Assembly (NCBI RefSeq): GCF_004010195.1
Contig: NC_057718.1
Span: 21,915,066-21,979,065 of the forward strand
Source: Chiloscyllium plagiosum
Lineage: Eukaryota
Direction of reading: 5' to 3'
Length of the DNA: 64,000 bases
Below the pieces are notes generated by a model that was not told where the DNA came from, ran no database searches, and saw only the letters and a program-made list of their open reading frames with translations. Position numbers and translations under genes: made by a program. This document shows, one piece after another, positions 23,323-35,752 of the stretch. Every line of letters begins with the position of its first letter. The first letter of the stretch is position 1.

Positions 23323-24948
23323 TGTCATTGAGATGAACAGCATGGAAACAGACCCTTTGGTCCAACCCGTCCATGCCGACCAGATATCCCAACCCAATCT
23401 AGTCCCACCTGCCAGCATCCGGCACATATCCCTCCAAACCCTTCTTATTCATATACCCATCCAAATGCCTTTTAAATGTTGCAATTGTACCAGCCTCCAC
23501 CACTCCTCTCCCTATAGCTCAAATCCTCCAACCCTGGCAACATCCTTGTAAATCTTTTCTGAACCCTTTCAAGTTTCACAACATCTTTCCGATAGGAAGG
23601 AGATCAGAACTAGACGCAATATTCCAACAGTGGCCTAACCTGTACAGCTGCAACATGACCTCCCATCTCCTGTACTCAATACTCTGTCAATAAAGGAAAG
23701 CATACCAAACACCTTCTTCACTATCCTATCTACCTGCGATTCCACTTTCAAGGAGCTATGAACCTGCACTTCAAGGTCTCTTTGTTCAGCACACTCCCTA
23801 GGACCTTAGCATTAAGTGTATAAGTTTTGGATGTAGGTTTGCTCACTGAGCTGCAAGATTCATTTCCAGACATTTTGTTACCTTACAGGTAACATCTTCA
23901 GGTGAAGCAAAGCGGCAAATTCCTGCTTTCTATTTATATGTTTGGGTTGGTGATGTCATTTCTTGTGATGTTACTTCCTTTTCTCAGGGGGTGGTAGATG
24001 TGTTAGACATCGAGTTAGACCCCATCTACCACCCCCCGAGAAAAGGAACAGGAAGTGACCACACCACAGGAAATGACATCACCAACCCAAAGAAACCCAA
24101 ACATAAATAGAAAACAGGAATTTTCAGCATTGCTTTGCCTGAGGCCCACTGAAAATATTACCTAGTAAGGTAACGAAACGTCTGGAAATGAACCTTGCAG
24201 CTCAGCGAGCAAACCTACATCCAAAACCTCAACCTGAGCTACAAATCTTCTCAAAACTCACTAAGTGTATAAGTCCTGCTAAGATTTGCTTTCCCAAAAT
24301 GCAGCACCTCATATTTATCTGAATTAAACTCCATCTGCCACTTCTCAGACCTTTGGCCCATCTGGTCAAGATCTTCTTGTAATCTGAGGTAACCTTCTTC
24401 TCTGTCCACTACACCTCCAATTTTGATGTCATCTGCAAACTTACTAACTGTACCTCTTAAGTAAATTATTTGGATGTGAGCATAAATGATGAAACGTGGA
24501 GGACCCAGTACCGATCCTTGTGGCACTCCACTGGTCAAAGGCCTCCAGTCTGAAAAACAACCCTCCACCACCCTCTGTCTTCTACCTTTGAGCCAGTTCT
24601 GTATCCAAATGGCAAGTTCTCCCTGTATTCCTTGAGATCTAGCCTTGCTAACCAATCTCACATGGGGAACCTTGTCGAACGCCTTACTGAAGTCCATGTA
24701 GATCACATCTACCACTCTGCCCTCATCAATCTTCTTTGGTACTTCTTCAAAAAACTCAATCAAGTTTGTGAGACATGATTTCCCACGCACAAAGCCATGT
24801 TGACTATCCCTAATTAGTCCATGCCTTTCCAAATACATGTATATCCTGTCCCTCAGGATTTCCTCCAACAACTTGTCCACCACCGATGTCAGGCTCACTA
24901 GTCTATAGTTCCCTGGCTTGTCCTTACCACCCTTCTTAAACAGTTGGC
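23323..24948 (-). mobile_element. CR1 LINE RT/3' portion, interrupted by a PLE palindrome
   Basis: [50 protein letters not shown]; tail at 23323; deletion near 23505. Confidence 0.93.
23826..24261 (+). mobile_element. Non-coding palindromic PLE-terminus element with 13-bp TSD
   Basis: Inverted arms about 23826-24000 and 24022-24227, tail caacctgagctacaaatcttctcaaaac; taagtgtataagt at 23813-23825 and 24262-24274. Confidence 0.9.
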
Positions 24949-24952
24949 ACCA

Positions 24953-25346
24953 TGTGAGCTATAGGGAGAGGAGGCTGAACAGGCTGGGGCTCTTTTCCCT
25001 GGAGCGTTGGGGGCTGAGGGCTGACCTTATAGAAGTTTACAAAATCATGAGGGGCATGGATAGGATAAATAGACAAAGTCTTTTCCCTGGGGTGGGGGAG
25101 TCCAGAACTGGAGGTCATAGGTTTAAGGTGAGAGGGGAAAGATATAAAAGAGACCTAAGGGGCAACGCTTTCACGCAGAGTACGTGTGTGGAATGAGCTG
25201 CCAGAGGAAGTGGTGGAGGCTGGTACAATTATAACATTTAAAAGGCGTTTGGAGGGATATGGGCCGGATGCTGGCAGGTGGGACTAGACTGGGTTGGGAT
25301 ATCTAGTCGGCATGGACGGGTTGAATTGAAGGGTCTGTTTCCGTGC
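24953..25346 (+). mobile_element. CR1 LINE 3' end joined head-to-head to the minus copy
   Basis: SYRERRLNRLGLFSLE..ADLIEVYKIMRG..; tail ctctatgactcta. Confidence 0.92.
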
Positions 25347-25446
25347 TGTACATCTCTATGACTCTAAATTCTTCAACTTCCAGCAATCATTGTGTATCTT
25401 GAATCAAAGAAAATTTTCCTTTCTTTTCTGAAGATGCAAAATTATT

Positions 25447-26270
25447 AGAGTCATATAGCACAGAAACAGACCCTCCCGTCTAACTTGTTCATGCTGACAA
25501 AGTTTCACAGTCTAAACCAGTCCATTTTGCCCTTGTTTGGCCCATATCGCTCTAAACCTTTCCTATTCATGTACATGTCCAAATGTCCTTTAAATTTGTA
25601 ACTGTACTTGCATCTACGACTTCCTCTGGCAGTTCATTCCAGATACGAACCACCCTGTGTGTGAAAACGTTGCCCTTGCGGTCCCTTTTAAATTTTCTCC
25701 TCTCACCTTAAAAATGTCCCCTAGTTTTGAAATCTCCCTTCCTAGAGAAAAGACCTTTGTTATTCACCTTATCTATCACCTCATAATTTTATAAAGCTCT
25801 AAAGCTCCTCGATTTCATACACTCCAGTCAAAATAGTCTCAGTCTATCCAGTCTCTCCTTATAACTCAAACCCTCCTGTCCCAGCAACAATCCTGGTAAA
25901 TCTTTTCTGAACCTTCTCCGATTTAATAACATCCTTCCTATAGCAGGGTGACCAGAACTGTACACACTACTCCCAAAAGTGGCCTCACCAAAGTCCTGTA
26001 CAACCTCAACATTACATCTCAATTCCTATACTCAATGGTCTGAGCAATGAAAGCAAGTGCGCTAAACACCTTCTCAACCACGCTGTCTACTTGTGACGGA
26101 ACTCTATCTATCTGAACCCCTAGGTGTCTCTGTTGACAACATTACCCAGGGCTCTATCATTAACTGCATAAATCCTGCCCTTGTTTGTTTTAACAAAATG
26201 CAATATCGCACATTTAACCAAATTAAGCTCCATCTGCCATTCCTCAGCCCACTGGCCTCATGTGCGAGCC
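25447..26270 (-). mobile_element. CR1 LINE 3' fragment
   Basis: Tail tagagtcatatagcacagaaacagaccc; GLSYKERLDRLRLF. Confidence 0.88.
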
Positions 26271-26749
26271 TCAACAATCCTTAGTAGATATTGTATTAAG
26301 AAAAAACAAGGTCTCACAGTTCTTTAAGCACTACGAATGAACAAGAGACAAGCAGGAGACAAGAGACAACATTAGAAAAAACTCAGGTTATTCATCTTCA
26401 GCGAATACTGAAAAATAATATACTTCTTCCATAAATCAATGTACTTCTGTACACATCAGGATAATGTTGTGGATAATTATTAAGAGAAGAAACTCTTGTG
26501 ACTTTTCTCCCATAACCAGTACAAGCTCATTAATGTCCTTCAAGAAAGGGGATAGCCATTCCCAACTAGTCTAGACTACCAGTGATGACAGACCGAAACT
26601 GCATGTTTTGACTTCTAATGGGTCTAATTGTAACTGGGAATAGGCAAGAAACATTATCCGTACAGCAAGTACAAGTGGGGGCAGGGAGAAAGCAAATTTC
26701 ACACAGACTGGGGAGTGAACCATAACCTTCCTGCTCTATATTTCAACAG

Positions 26750-27080
26750 TATGGGTACAGTGAATGGTCAAGGTCTTTCTCCCAAGGGAGAGGAGTCCAA
26801 AACCATTCGGCATGGGTTTAAGCTGAGAGGGGAAAGATTTAAAAGGGATCCAAAGGGCAACCTTTTCACACAGAGTGTAGTGTATGTATGGAATGAGCTA
26901 CTGGAGGAAGTGGTGGAGGTTGGTACAGCATTTAAAAGGGATCTGGATGGGTACATGAGAAGGGTTTGAGGAATATAGGCCAAATGATGGCAATTGGGAC
27001 TAGATCAACTTAGGATATCTGGTTAGTGCTGATGGGTTCGACCGAAGGGTTTGTTTCCATTCTGTGCATCTCTGTGACTA
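26750..27080 (+). mobile_element. CR1 LINE 3' end
   Basis: RHGFKLRGERFKRDPKGNLFTQSVVYVWNELLEEVVE plus tail. Confidence 0.88.
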
Positions 27081-27333
27081 TCTAACCGAGTGTCATGTTT
27101 ATCAACAAAATCATTGGGGAAGCCAAATCCAAGGTTTGGCATTAACAGCCAACAATATTACCAAAGCATCACAAAGGCCTCAAAAAGTTAACACTGTTTA
27201 ACACATAGCCAACTAAGCTTGCTATCAATAACTAAGAAACAGCATAACAACTAAAGAAGTACACAGTGGAATATGTCATTTAAAAATAGCTTTGGGTTAG
27301 GCTGAAATACATCTCACCATCATGGTTACGTAC

Positions 27334-27492
27334 CTTAGGTGAGCTGTGTCGTGTCTTAAGCAGGATCTGGTAATTCAGTGGTTTCCAGACAGAATCATCA
27401 CCAATAGCAACAGAAAACTGTGCTATACATGGGACTAGATGATTGGTCACTCTGTCCTTGTACGCCTCCTCACCTCCCAGCATGTTTTCCAG
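27334..27492 (-). CDS. HEATR1: HEATR1 exon
   Basis: LENMLGGEEAYKDRVTNHLVPCIAQFSVAIGDDSVWKPLNYQILLKTRHSSPK; aag/gtacg. Confidence 0.95.
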
Positions 27493-27682
27493 CTTCAAAC
27501 ATTAGAATTTCAAAACATATTTACACTTCTTACTCCACGAACTTTGAAAAACAGCATTATAATTTAATGCAGATACTAATTTAATATTGATTATAATATA
27601 TGTATGTCTATTTGCCAAATTAAAAATAAACAGCCATGATCAATAGATAATAGACAGATAATGTGAGTGTTTGCAAGGTTAA

Positions 27683-27897
27683 AAGACAAAAGAACTGCGG
27701 ATGCTGGAAATCTGAAACAAAAACAGAAATTTCTGGAAAATCTCAGCAGGTCTGGCAGCAATTGGAGAGAAATTAGAGTTAACATTTCCGGAGGAACTAG
27801 AGTCTTGAAGAAGTGTCACTGGCCCTGAAACATTAACTCTGATTTCCCTCTACAGATTCTGACAGACGTGTTGAGATTTTCCAGCAATTTCTGTTTG
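27683..27897. mobile_element. Palindromic PLE-terminus element, decayed
   Basis: Inverted arms aaacagaaatttctggaaaatctcagcaggtctg...agagttaac / ttaactctg...gagattttccagcaatttctgttt; degenerate core ttgaagaagtgtcactggccctgaaacatt. Confidence 0.75.
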
Positions 27898-28015
27898 CAA
27901 ACGGAAGGTGTCCAACTCGTTTTGGTCATTAAAGTTATAGTTTATATTTTGGAGTCAGCTTAAATTCTGTTTTTGGTACAACATACATGGGTGCAAAACG
28001 TCATTCACATAACAC

Positions 28016-28366
28016 GGGGCAGCACGGTGGCTCAGTGGTTAGCACTGTTGCTTCACAGCACTAAGGACCCGGGTTCGATTCCAGCCTTGGGGGACCGTCT
28101 GTGTGGAGTTTGCACATTCTCACTGTCTCTCTGTGGGATTCTCAGGTTACCTCCCACAATCCAAAGATGTGCAGGTTAGGTGAATTGGCCATGCTAAATT
28201 GCCCAGTGTTCAGGGATATGAGGGATAGGTGTATTAGTCAGGGATAAATGTACAGTAATATGGAAGGGGACTGGGTATGAATGGGTTACTCTTCAGAGGG
28301 TCAGTGTGGACTCATTGGGCTAAAGGGCCTGTTTCCACACTGTAGGGATTCCATGAATTCTATGAT
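28016..28366 (+). mobile_element. tRNA-derived SINE (HE1-like)
   Basis: tggctcagtgg A box, ggttcgattcc B box, shared core and tail. Confidence 0.9.
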
Positions 28367-28410
28367 TAACCAGGTGTTTTTTGCTGGACCATTACTGCAA
28401 TGATTAGATT

Positions 28411-28637
28411 TTTAGATTAGATTAGATTAGATTACTTACAGTGTGGAAANNNNNNNNNNNNNNNNNNNNNNNNNNNNNNNNNNNNNNNNNNNNNNNNNNN
28501 NNNNNNNNNNNNNNNNNNNNNNNNNNNNNNNNNNNNNNNNNNNNNNNNNNNNNNNNNNNNNNNNNNNNNNNNNNNNNNNNNNGGGTCTCTGGCGCTGTGA
28601 GGCAGCAGTGCTAACCACTGTGCCACCGTGCCGCCCA
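28411..28637 (-). mobile_element. tRNA-derived SINE (HE1-like), young, containing assembly gap 28450-28582
   Basis: (ttaga)n tail and head gggcggcacggtggcacagtggttagc on minus. Confidence 0.88.
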
Positions 28638-29280
28638 CAAATGTTTGATGAGAAGAGCACCTATGCAGTGAAAGTATTAGCTCGAGCAAAGCTTGGTGTC
28701 AACAATGCAACAGAGAGGTTGAGTTATCATTATGATAACTCTTATAGTTGTCATTATGAACTATAAGAGTGATCTAATAATCTTTGATGGAAGTTCTACT
28801 TAGTTTGGGTCATTCTGTAATATTAGGTTTGTTTATTTGATTTTCCAAAACAAAATTTTCAGAGAAGTTATTCGTAGCTGGGAAAGATGTGTAGCTTAAA
28901 TCAATTAATATGAACATCAGTAATAGCATGACTTGAACACTGGAAGGTAAAACATTTGTTTGGCTTTTGGGAAAGAGCAAAGGGAGTGGGACTAATTGGA
29001 CAGATCCACCAAAACGCTGGCCTGGGCAAAGCAGGCTGAATGTCCACCTTCCATGCTGTAACATACTTTGATTCTAAATCACGGGTTGCATCAGAAATGC
29101 TTCTTAACCTGCATTCATTGTGTATGCTACATCTGTACTTGAGATATACCAGAGAAAGACATGTTGCTGGTTTATAAGCAATGCACTAGAGTGAATGTAT
29201 CAATTGTGTGATATGAAACAGGCAATCAGCTGAGGTGAATTTTAAGAGTTGGAGTGAAATGTTCAAGCAGAAATACAAAC

Positions 29281-29435
29281 CTGATCTACTAAGGGCATCA
29301 TAAGCGTATCAGCTCTCTCCTTACTGACAAATCGCTGAGTGTCGTAGAGAAAGATTTTGTGCATGCAGTCGCAGACAAATTGAAGTAGTAAGCACGATTT
29401 CTCAGTGTTTTTATCTGAGTCAAAGAAAGCTTCAT
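29281..29435 (-). CDS. HEATR1: HEATR1 exon
   Basis: (D)EAFFDSDKNTEKSCLLLQFVCDCMHKIFLYDTQRFVSKERADTLMMPLVDQ; tag/gtttg. Confidence 0.95.
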
Positions 29436-30279
29436 CTATTTAGGGGGCAAAAAGAAACAAGATAACTCTGCATTTAATGCTTGAGTAATTCAGCAGTTAG
29501 TTAAACAATGATATGTCCGTATTTATACCCAGTGCCTATGAAATCTGACATTGGTGACGGCTGATTAGATTCAATATATTACAAGTGACTACAAATGAAG
29601 TGCTAAGAAAAACATTTGGATATTCCACAGTTTCAAAAGGTGAAGATCAGACTTTGATTAAATGAACATGATTGGACAGGTTTTTTCAGTATTGCTCAGT
29701 TTTAGAGGAACAAAGAATTTCTTTGCTATCTTTTCTAGTTCAGAAGTCATATGACATGAGCAGAGTCATTGGGGACATTTAAGCAACTGCTGGATACGGA
29801 CATGGATAGCAGTGAATTGAAGGGTGCTTGGTTAAGTTATTTTATTTTACATTAGGATTAATCCTTGGCACAACATCGTGGGCCAAAAAGCCTGTTCTGT
29901 GCTGTACTTTTCTATGTTCTATGATACCAGATTATAGTCTAATAGGTTTATTGTTCAGTTTTTATTGTACTAACTTTCACACATCTATCAATTTATTTGT
30001 CAGGCTTGTAAACCAATGACATTTATTTGAGCTACTAAATCCTGCAGCACCAAAAAGGCCATTCATCTCGCTGTACATGCAGCAGCTCTTTGAAAATGTG
30101 AGCCAATTGCCAATGAAAAGTCATCACTGAATTGGTTTTCATTTTCTTCTTGCCAGTACATTCCAGATCAGAAAGATCTGTATAATGTATTCTGGTTCTT
30201 TTGCTACTTAGCTGACATCTGTATGCTTTGGTTACTGACCCATTGTTATTACAAAGAGTTTCTCCTTATTTTCTCTAAT

Positions 30280-31140
30280 AAAACGCTTCATGGTTCTAAA
30301 CACTTTAATCAAGTCTCCCTTTTATCTTCCCTGCACGAAGCAGAACAATTCACTTCACTAGTTTAATTGCCTAAATGAAGTGTTTCACCTCCAATACCAT
30401 TTTCATAAATCTCTAATCCTCTCTTGGGCCCTGATGTCATTTCTAATGTGGTAGTCAGAACTGTACACAATACTCCAGCCAAGTGCTTTGTAAAGGTTTA
30501 TGAAAACTTCCTTTCTTTTGCACTCTATTTACCCAGGGCACTGAATAGCTTTTCACAGCCTTCTCAACCTGTTCTACCATCTTCAAAGATGCACGTATGT
30601 ACATCCCCAGGTTTCAATGTTCCACCTCCATTTTGAAATTTTATCATTTTACAGCCTCTCTTCATTCTTAATACCCAATGCATTGTTTCGCACTTCTCTG
30701 CAGTAAATTTCATCTGCCATAGGCCTGCCCATTTCACCAATCTATGGCCTCCTGAAGTCTTGCTATACTCTTTACTGTTCACCATGTTTGAGTTTTGTGT
30801 GACCTGCAAACACTAAAATTATATCTTTTATAATGAAGACTCGATCATGAATCTAAACCAAAACAGCACTGTCCCAATATTGACACCAGGGGATTCTCAC
30901 GTTTCTATTTGCCCGAAAAAGAATTCATAATTATGGCACTGTTGTCTGATCCTTAGCTGATTTCGCTTCCTGCAGTTAGTAGTCTATTAATTCCATAGGC
31001 TTTAATTTTGCTGCTAAATAGTAGTTTTTAAAGGCCATGCAACCATCAACCACATTACTCTCATCCACAATTTTTCATTACTGCATCCAAAAGCTCAACC
31101 AATTTAGTTAAACAAAACTGTCCTTTTATATCTCTTGCTG
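30280..31140 (-). mobile_element. Ancient CR1 LINE remnants
   Basis: LVKWAGLWQMKFTAEKCETMH; CLTKLVELLDAV. Confidence 0.65.
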
Positions 31141-31275
31141 GCATTCTTTTATTGGCCCACATTTTTCCAATTATCCACATGTACCGAATAGTTTTATTCC
31201 AGATTAATGCCTCCAAGATGTTTCCCCACCAAGGACATGGATTAATGTTGAAAAAGTTATTTGATTTAAACTCAC

Positions 31276-31444
31276 CGGTTTTGACAGTATTTGTCTGGTT
31301 CAAAATGTCAGCAAAGGGTTTCACTAATTGCCCAGCAAAAAGAGTAAATAACCCTTTCAGTTTGTCTGCAATGCAGTCTGCCAAACGGTAGAATGTAATC
31401 ATTCTATCTTTAGAGAATCCCTCAGATTTACTCCAGTCAAACAG
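31276..31444 (-). CDS. HEATR1: HEATR1 exon
   Basis: LFDWSKSEGFSKDRMITFYRLADCIADKLKGLFTLFAGQLVKPFADILNQTNTVKT; cag/gtgag. Confidence 0.96.
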
Positions 31445-31542
31445 CTGTTCAGAGACAAACCATAGGTCAGTGCTTGAAATAAAAAATAAACAATTCCAGA
31501 GAAAAACATCAGAGAGCGTCTCATTTAACATCGATAGCATAC

Positions 31543-31647
31543 CTTAAAGAACAGGGGCCTGAAGGTAACCTCTGACAGTTTCATTACCATACCAACAAGA
31601 CAGTTAATTACAAGCCCTTCAATTTCACCTACATTATCCAAATCATC
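31543..31647 (-). CDS. HEATR1: HEATR1 exon
   Basis: DDLDNVGEIEGLVINCLVGMVMKLSEVTFRPLFFK; cag/gtatg. Confidence 0.96.
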
Positions 31648-32102
31648 CTGTGTGGGAAAGACAGAAAGGAAAATAGATCACGTGCGTGCATTTTAAATAG
31701 AATATGGAAAACCAACTGGTATATTAGTTAATAGCACACTTTAAACTTATAAACATGAATATATATTTACACCTCAGCACTCAAGCATAATAACTGATAG
31801 GGGGTGACCAGTGTATGGGCTTGAGACCATTCATGGGGTATGGTCAGGTTCTACCTTTTGACCATCCAAACCCAACGGAAGTTGCATATTGTACAGGACC
31901 TTTGTAGAAGGTTTGCAAGAGCAGATTATCAACAGTAATTAACTGTACAAGTGAATAAACACTTGCAGCAATATCAAAAACTCTCAAAACACTTTGCACA
32001 GTGGAAAGATCTCCATGCACAAAACGTGAAATATCAGTTTTTCTGCACGAACAACATCCCACAAACACCAATGAGATCTTAATGATTTTTAGTGAACACT
32101 GG

Positions 32103-32317
32103 AAAGGAGGATGTGCAGGTGCTGGTGTTGGACTGGGTGGACAAGGTCAGAAGTCACATGACACCAGGTTATAGACTCAAGTTTATTTGAAATCACAAGC
32201 TTTTGGAGCGCTGCTCCTTCGTCAGGTGAAGTGACTCCACCTGATGGGATAGAACTCTGAAAGCTTGTGATTTCAAATAAACCTGGTGGATTATAACCTG
32301 GTGTCATGTGACTTCTG
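32103..32317. mobile_element. Palindromic PLE-terminus element, third family
   Basis: Arms cagaagtcacatgacaccaggttata..tttatttgaaatcacaagcttt / aaagcttgtgatttcaaataaa..tataacctggtgtcatgtgacttctg; minus-strand ctgacgaaggagcagcgctccaaaagctt. Confidence 0.8.
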
Positions 32318-32643
32318 TACTGAAAAAGATAGCAAAGAAACTCTATGCTCCTCTCAATGTCACAGTATCCTCGTTGTCCTTGATGCAGCACTCATTTGTA
32401 GTGACAGCCGAGATTGTGAATACAGGCCTTGAACCCACTGCCTTCTGACCAAACCGAGCTCTGCTAGCCTGTATATAATATATAAAAAGCACCAGTGTTC
32501 AAAATTAGGCTGCTATATATTTAGCACTTAAATGCAGAGGGATCTCTCTCCAAATTATAACAGTCACAAACATAAAATTAATTTGCGATTTGCTTTCCAA
32601 ATTACATTTTCAAAAATAAAATAAATCAGTCCAGTGTTAATAC

Positions 32644-32778
32644 CTCCAAATGATCTGCTCTGAAATCCAGTGCTTTCAGGAAAAACAATGTAAGCTCAGA
32701 TTGATGGGAGTTCACTTGTTCCTTTTCTATGTTACTAATATGCTCCTTAAGGATATCGAAAAGTGGACCTAAATAATT
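32644..32778 (-). CDS. HEATR1: HEATR1 exon
   Basis: NYLGPLFDILKEHISNIEKEQVNSHQSELTLFFLKALDFRADHLE; tag/gtatt. Confidence 0.95.
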
Positions 32779-33765
32779 CTAAAGAAGATGCAAAAAAGTT
32801 AGAAACCAGTTCTGTTTTCCCATCAGTAATAATGTACATTGGATGACAAGACATACGCTGTCAAGTGCTATTATTAATATCTGTATCACATCAATTACAA
32901 AACAGGAATGAGTTGACAAATAGGAATATACTGCCTGTATCACTGCCTGACTCCTGCCTGTCCATGTAGCTCCATTCTGAGCCAGAGAAGAATCATTTGC
33001 TGTTCAGTGACAGACTGATGAAACACAACTGGAACTAAATGGTTGAAAATGAATCTGAGACAAACACAGAAGTTTGAATTGTAAGGTTGCAGTGTTTGTT
33101 GTCTAGAGTGCAGGATGTTCATGCCAGATGCCATTTTCACTGGCTGAATGACAGGCCAATCTGCTGCTCAAGCTAAGGGATAACTCAAGAGTTTGGACAG
33201 GCACAAGGTAGTGAAGTAAATCTGAAACACTGTATATTTCTGTATGATTTAATATGTTTTGTAACAAAGGATAAAATATAAAATCTTGGTATAAGATAAT
33301 TAAAACTCAATTAAAATATATGTATGTTTAGGTTTATTAAAAATTCAAGCCAGATAGTGAAGCCTTTACTATTCACAGTTTTCTGCAAAGATTAAGTATC
33401 TCAATCAAAAAGGTGCAAAAGAAGATTTACAATGAAATGATATACAATTAGCCAACTGAGCTGCAAATGGTTTGACCAAATGAATCCATTAAATATATCT
33501 GAATGTAGTTAATTCATGCATCTGGCTGGATGCTTATGATATTTTTATGATGTAAAATGCTATTACATATGTCACAGCTATAATTTCAAAGAAACCGCTT
33601 GGTATATTACATTATAACTTTCAGGTTCGCACTTTGCTATAACCATGATATTTAACAACCAAAGCAACTGATGCATAACTTGAAGGCTTCTAAAATTTTC
33701 CATCGTCTCCAACTTAAATGGTACAGAGCAAAAATCATAAATTCCCAAAGGGGAATAACTCTAAC

Positions 33766-33924
33766 CTGATTGGTGCTAGCAAGTTTATCGTAGCACTTAT
33801 TAATTGCTGGCAACAGAACTCGAGGAGCTAGCTTTGTGGCCAGAGTAGTTCGAAGTGATGTTAGATGTGGGTCAAGCTGTGAAGAATGGCCAGTCCTTGA
33901 GGCAATTTTGGTCAAACGGGTGAC
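33766..33924 (-). CDS. HEATR1: HEATR1 exon
   Basis: VTRLTKIASRTGHSSQLDPHLTSLRTTLATKLAPRVLLPAINKCYDKLASTNQ; cag/gttag. Confidence 0.95.
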
Positions 33925-34013
33925 CTGCAGGAAAGTATCACTGCATGTCAGTTTCATGAAAATAACATATGTGGATTGTGCCACTTGGCAATATTACTTT
34001 CTTTGATGCTTAC

Positions 34014-34164
34014 TTGTGCAAGGATGTCCTGTAGATACGGGTTGATGAAATGTGACAGTGTTTCTACAACTTTCTGCAATGCTGTAACAGCACTTAGTAA
34101 ATAAATTTCATTGGACAGCAGTTCCTTCTGTTTTTTCAGGGTCTTTAGCAGTCCTGGCATCAGC
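34014..34164 (-). CDS. HEATR1: HEATR1 exon
   Basis: (R)LMPGLLKTLKKQKELLSNEIYLLSAVTALQKVVETLSHFINPYLQDILAQ; cag/gtaag. Confidence 0.95.
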
Positions 34165-34768
34165 CTGTACAAAAATAAATCCAATCCAATTAGAGTATTA
34201 GTAGACTTTCAAAACAAAGTGATACATAAACATGATAAAAAATCTTGCACAACATACTGGTCCCTTTTTACTTCCACTATTAAATTTAGTTCAGGTTGTA
34301 CAGGAAGGCAGCAGATTTAGAACCGTGTGTAGCAATTAAACACGGTAAATTTCAGGGTAATCTACTTCATTCAGGGAAATGGAAAATTGAGAGCAGAATC
34401 AAAGTGTACAATATATTACCCTTTTGCTAAGTGCAAATCTTAAGTAATCACATGCTCATCCTGTTAAACATAAGTAACAGTTGGAAATATTCTTTGGAAG
34501 CAGCATTTCCACTGCAAATAGTACGTTACGAAGAAAAGTTTTTAGTCTGCTCATTCATCATTAAAAAATGCAGAATAATTACACCTTGCTCGAACAGGGC
34601 AGATTATCTGTCCTTACAAATTCATACTTCCTCTAATACAATCTGAGATTGCAACAAGAAATGTTACATAGATACAAGACAGCGTACTACCCCTTTAACT
34701 ACTATTGCAGATTATGGTTTAACAAGTTCTCCTTGTACATCCTAAGTTCCTTTCTCGGGTTTTTATAC

Positions 34769-35058
34769 CTTGGAAGTTGTGGAATTGCCAGTGCTTTGAG
34801 TGCAGTGGTGACTTCGGCTATACAAAGCAAAGCACTTCCCAGCACATTCTTTTCCTCCTCTTCGTTGTTATCCATGACCAGGTCAACAGCGGTCGCTAGA
34901 ACAGGCACAAATGATTTTTGGTGATTTGCACCAAAGCACCTGCAAAGAAGCTTCAGGCTGAAAAGCGCTGTCTGGCGGTTAACTGCCTGCTCCACTTCTT
35001 TTTGCTTACAGCAAGCAACATTCAGAAGTTCCCCAATCAGACTCAAAAGCAAGGTGAT
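34769..35058 (-). CDS. HEATR1: HEATR1 exon
   Basis: ITLLLSLIGELLNV...QAVNRQTALFSLKLLCRCFGA...NVLGSALLCIAEVTTALKALAIPQLP(R); cag/gtata. Confidence 0.95.
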
Positions 35059-35371
35059 CTGGAGAGAAAAGATACCACACTTAAACAACCACTTCATACA
35101 AACATATACAAGCTTGAATAAAAAGACTACAAATATGAATGGAGAAAGTTCATGTGGGGACATGAAAGACATCTAGCTAAGAGAAAGAAGTTATGAAGAA
35201 ACAAAAAGATTTAGTAGGAGTGAATTACTGCAGTTGTTGGAATCTGTACTGAAAATAACAAATGCTGTAAATCATATGGATCCATGGATGCTGCCTGACC
35301 CACTGTGATTTCCAGCACTTTTTGTTTTCAAGAAGATTGAGGGCATGGGAATCACTACAGCAGTTCGACAT

Positions 35372-35752
35372 GATGCTGAGGGGTGACCTTATAGAGATTT
35401 ATAAAATCAGGAGGGGCATGGACAGGGTGAATAGACAAGGTCCTTTCCCCGGGGTAGGGGAGTCCAAAGGTAGAGGGCATAGGTTTATGGTGAGAGAGGA
35501 AATATGTAGAAGGGGCAACTTTTTCACATAGAGGGTGGTGCGTGTATAGAATGGGCTGCCACAGGAGGCAGTGGAGGCTGGTACAATTACAACATTTAAA
35601 AGGCATCTGGATAGGTATAAGAATAGGAAGGGTTTAGAGGGATATGGGCCAAATGCAGGCAAAAGGGACTAGATTAATTTAGGGTATCTTGTCAGCATGG
35701 ATGAGTTGGACAGAGGGGTCTATTTCTGTGTTGTAGATCTCTATGACTCTAT
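35372..35752 (+). mobile_element. CR1 LINE 3' end
   Basis: LRGDLIEIYKIRRGMDRVN..RGHRF..GNFFT plus tail ctctatgactctatg. Confidence 0.9.
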
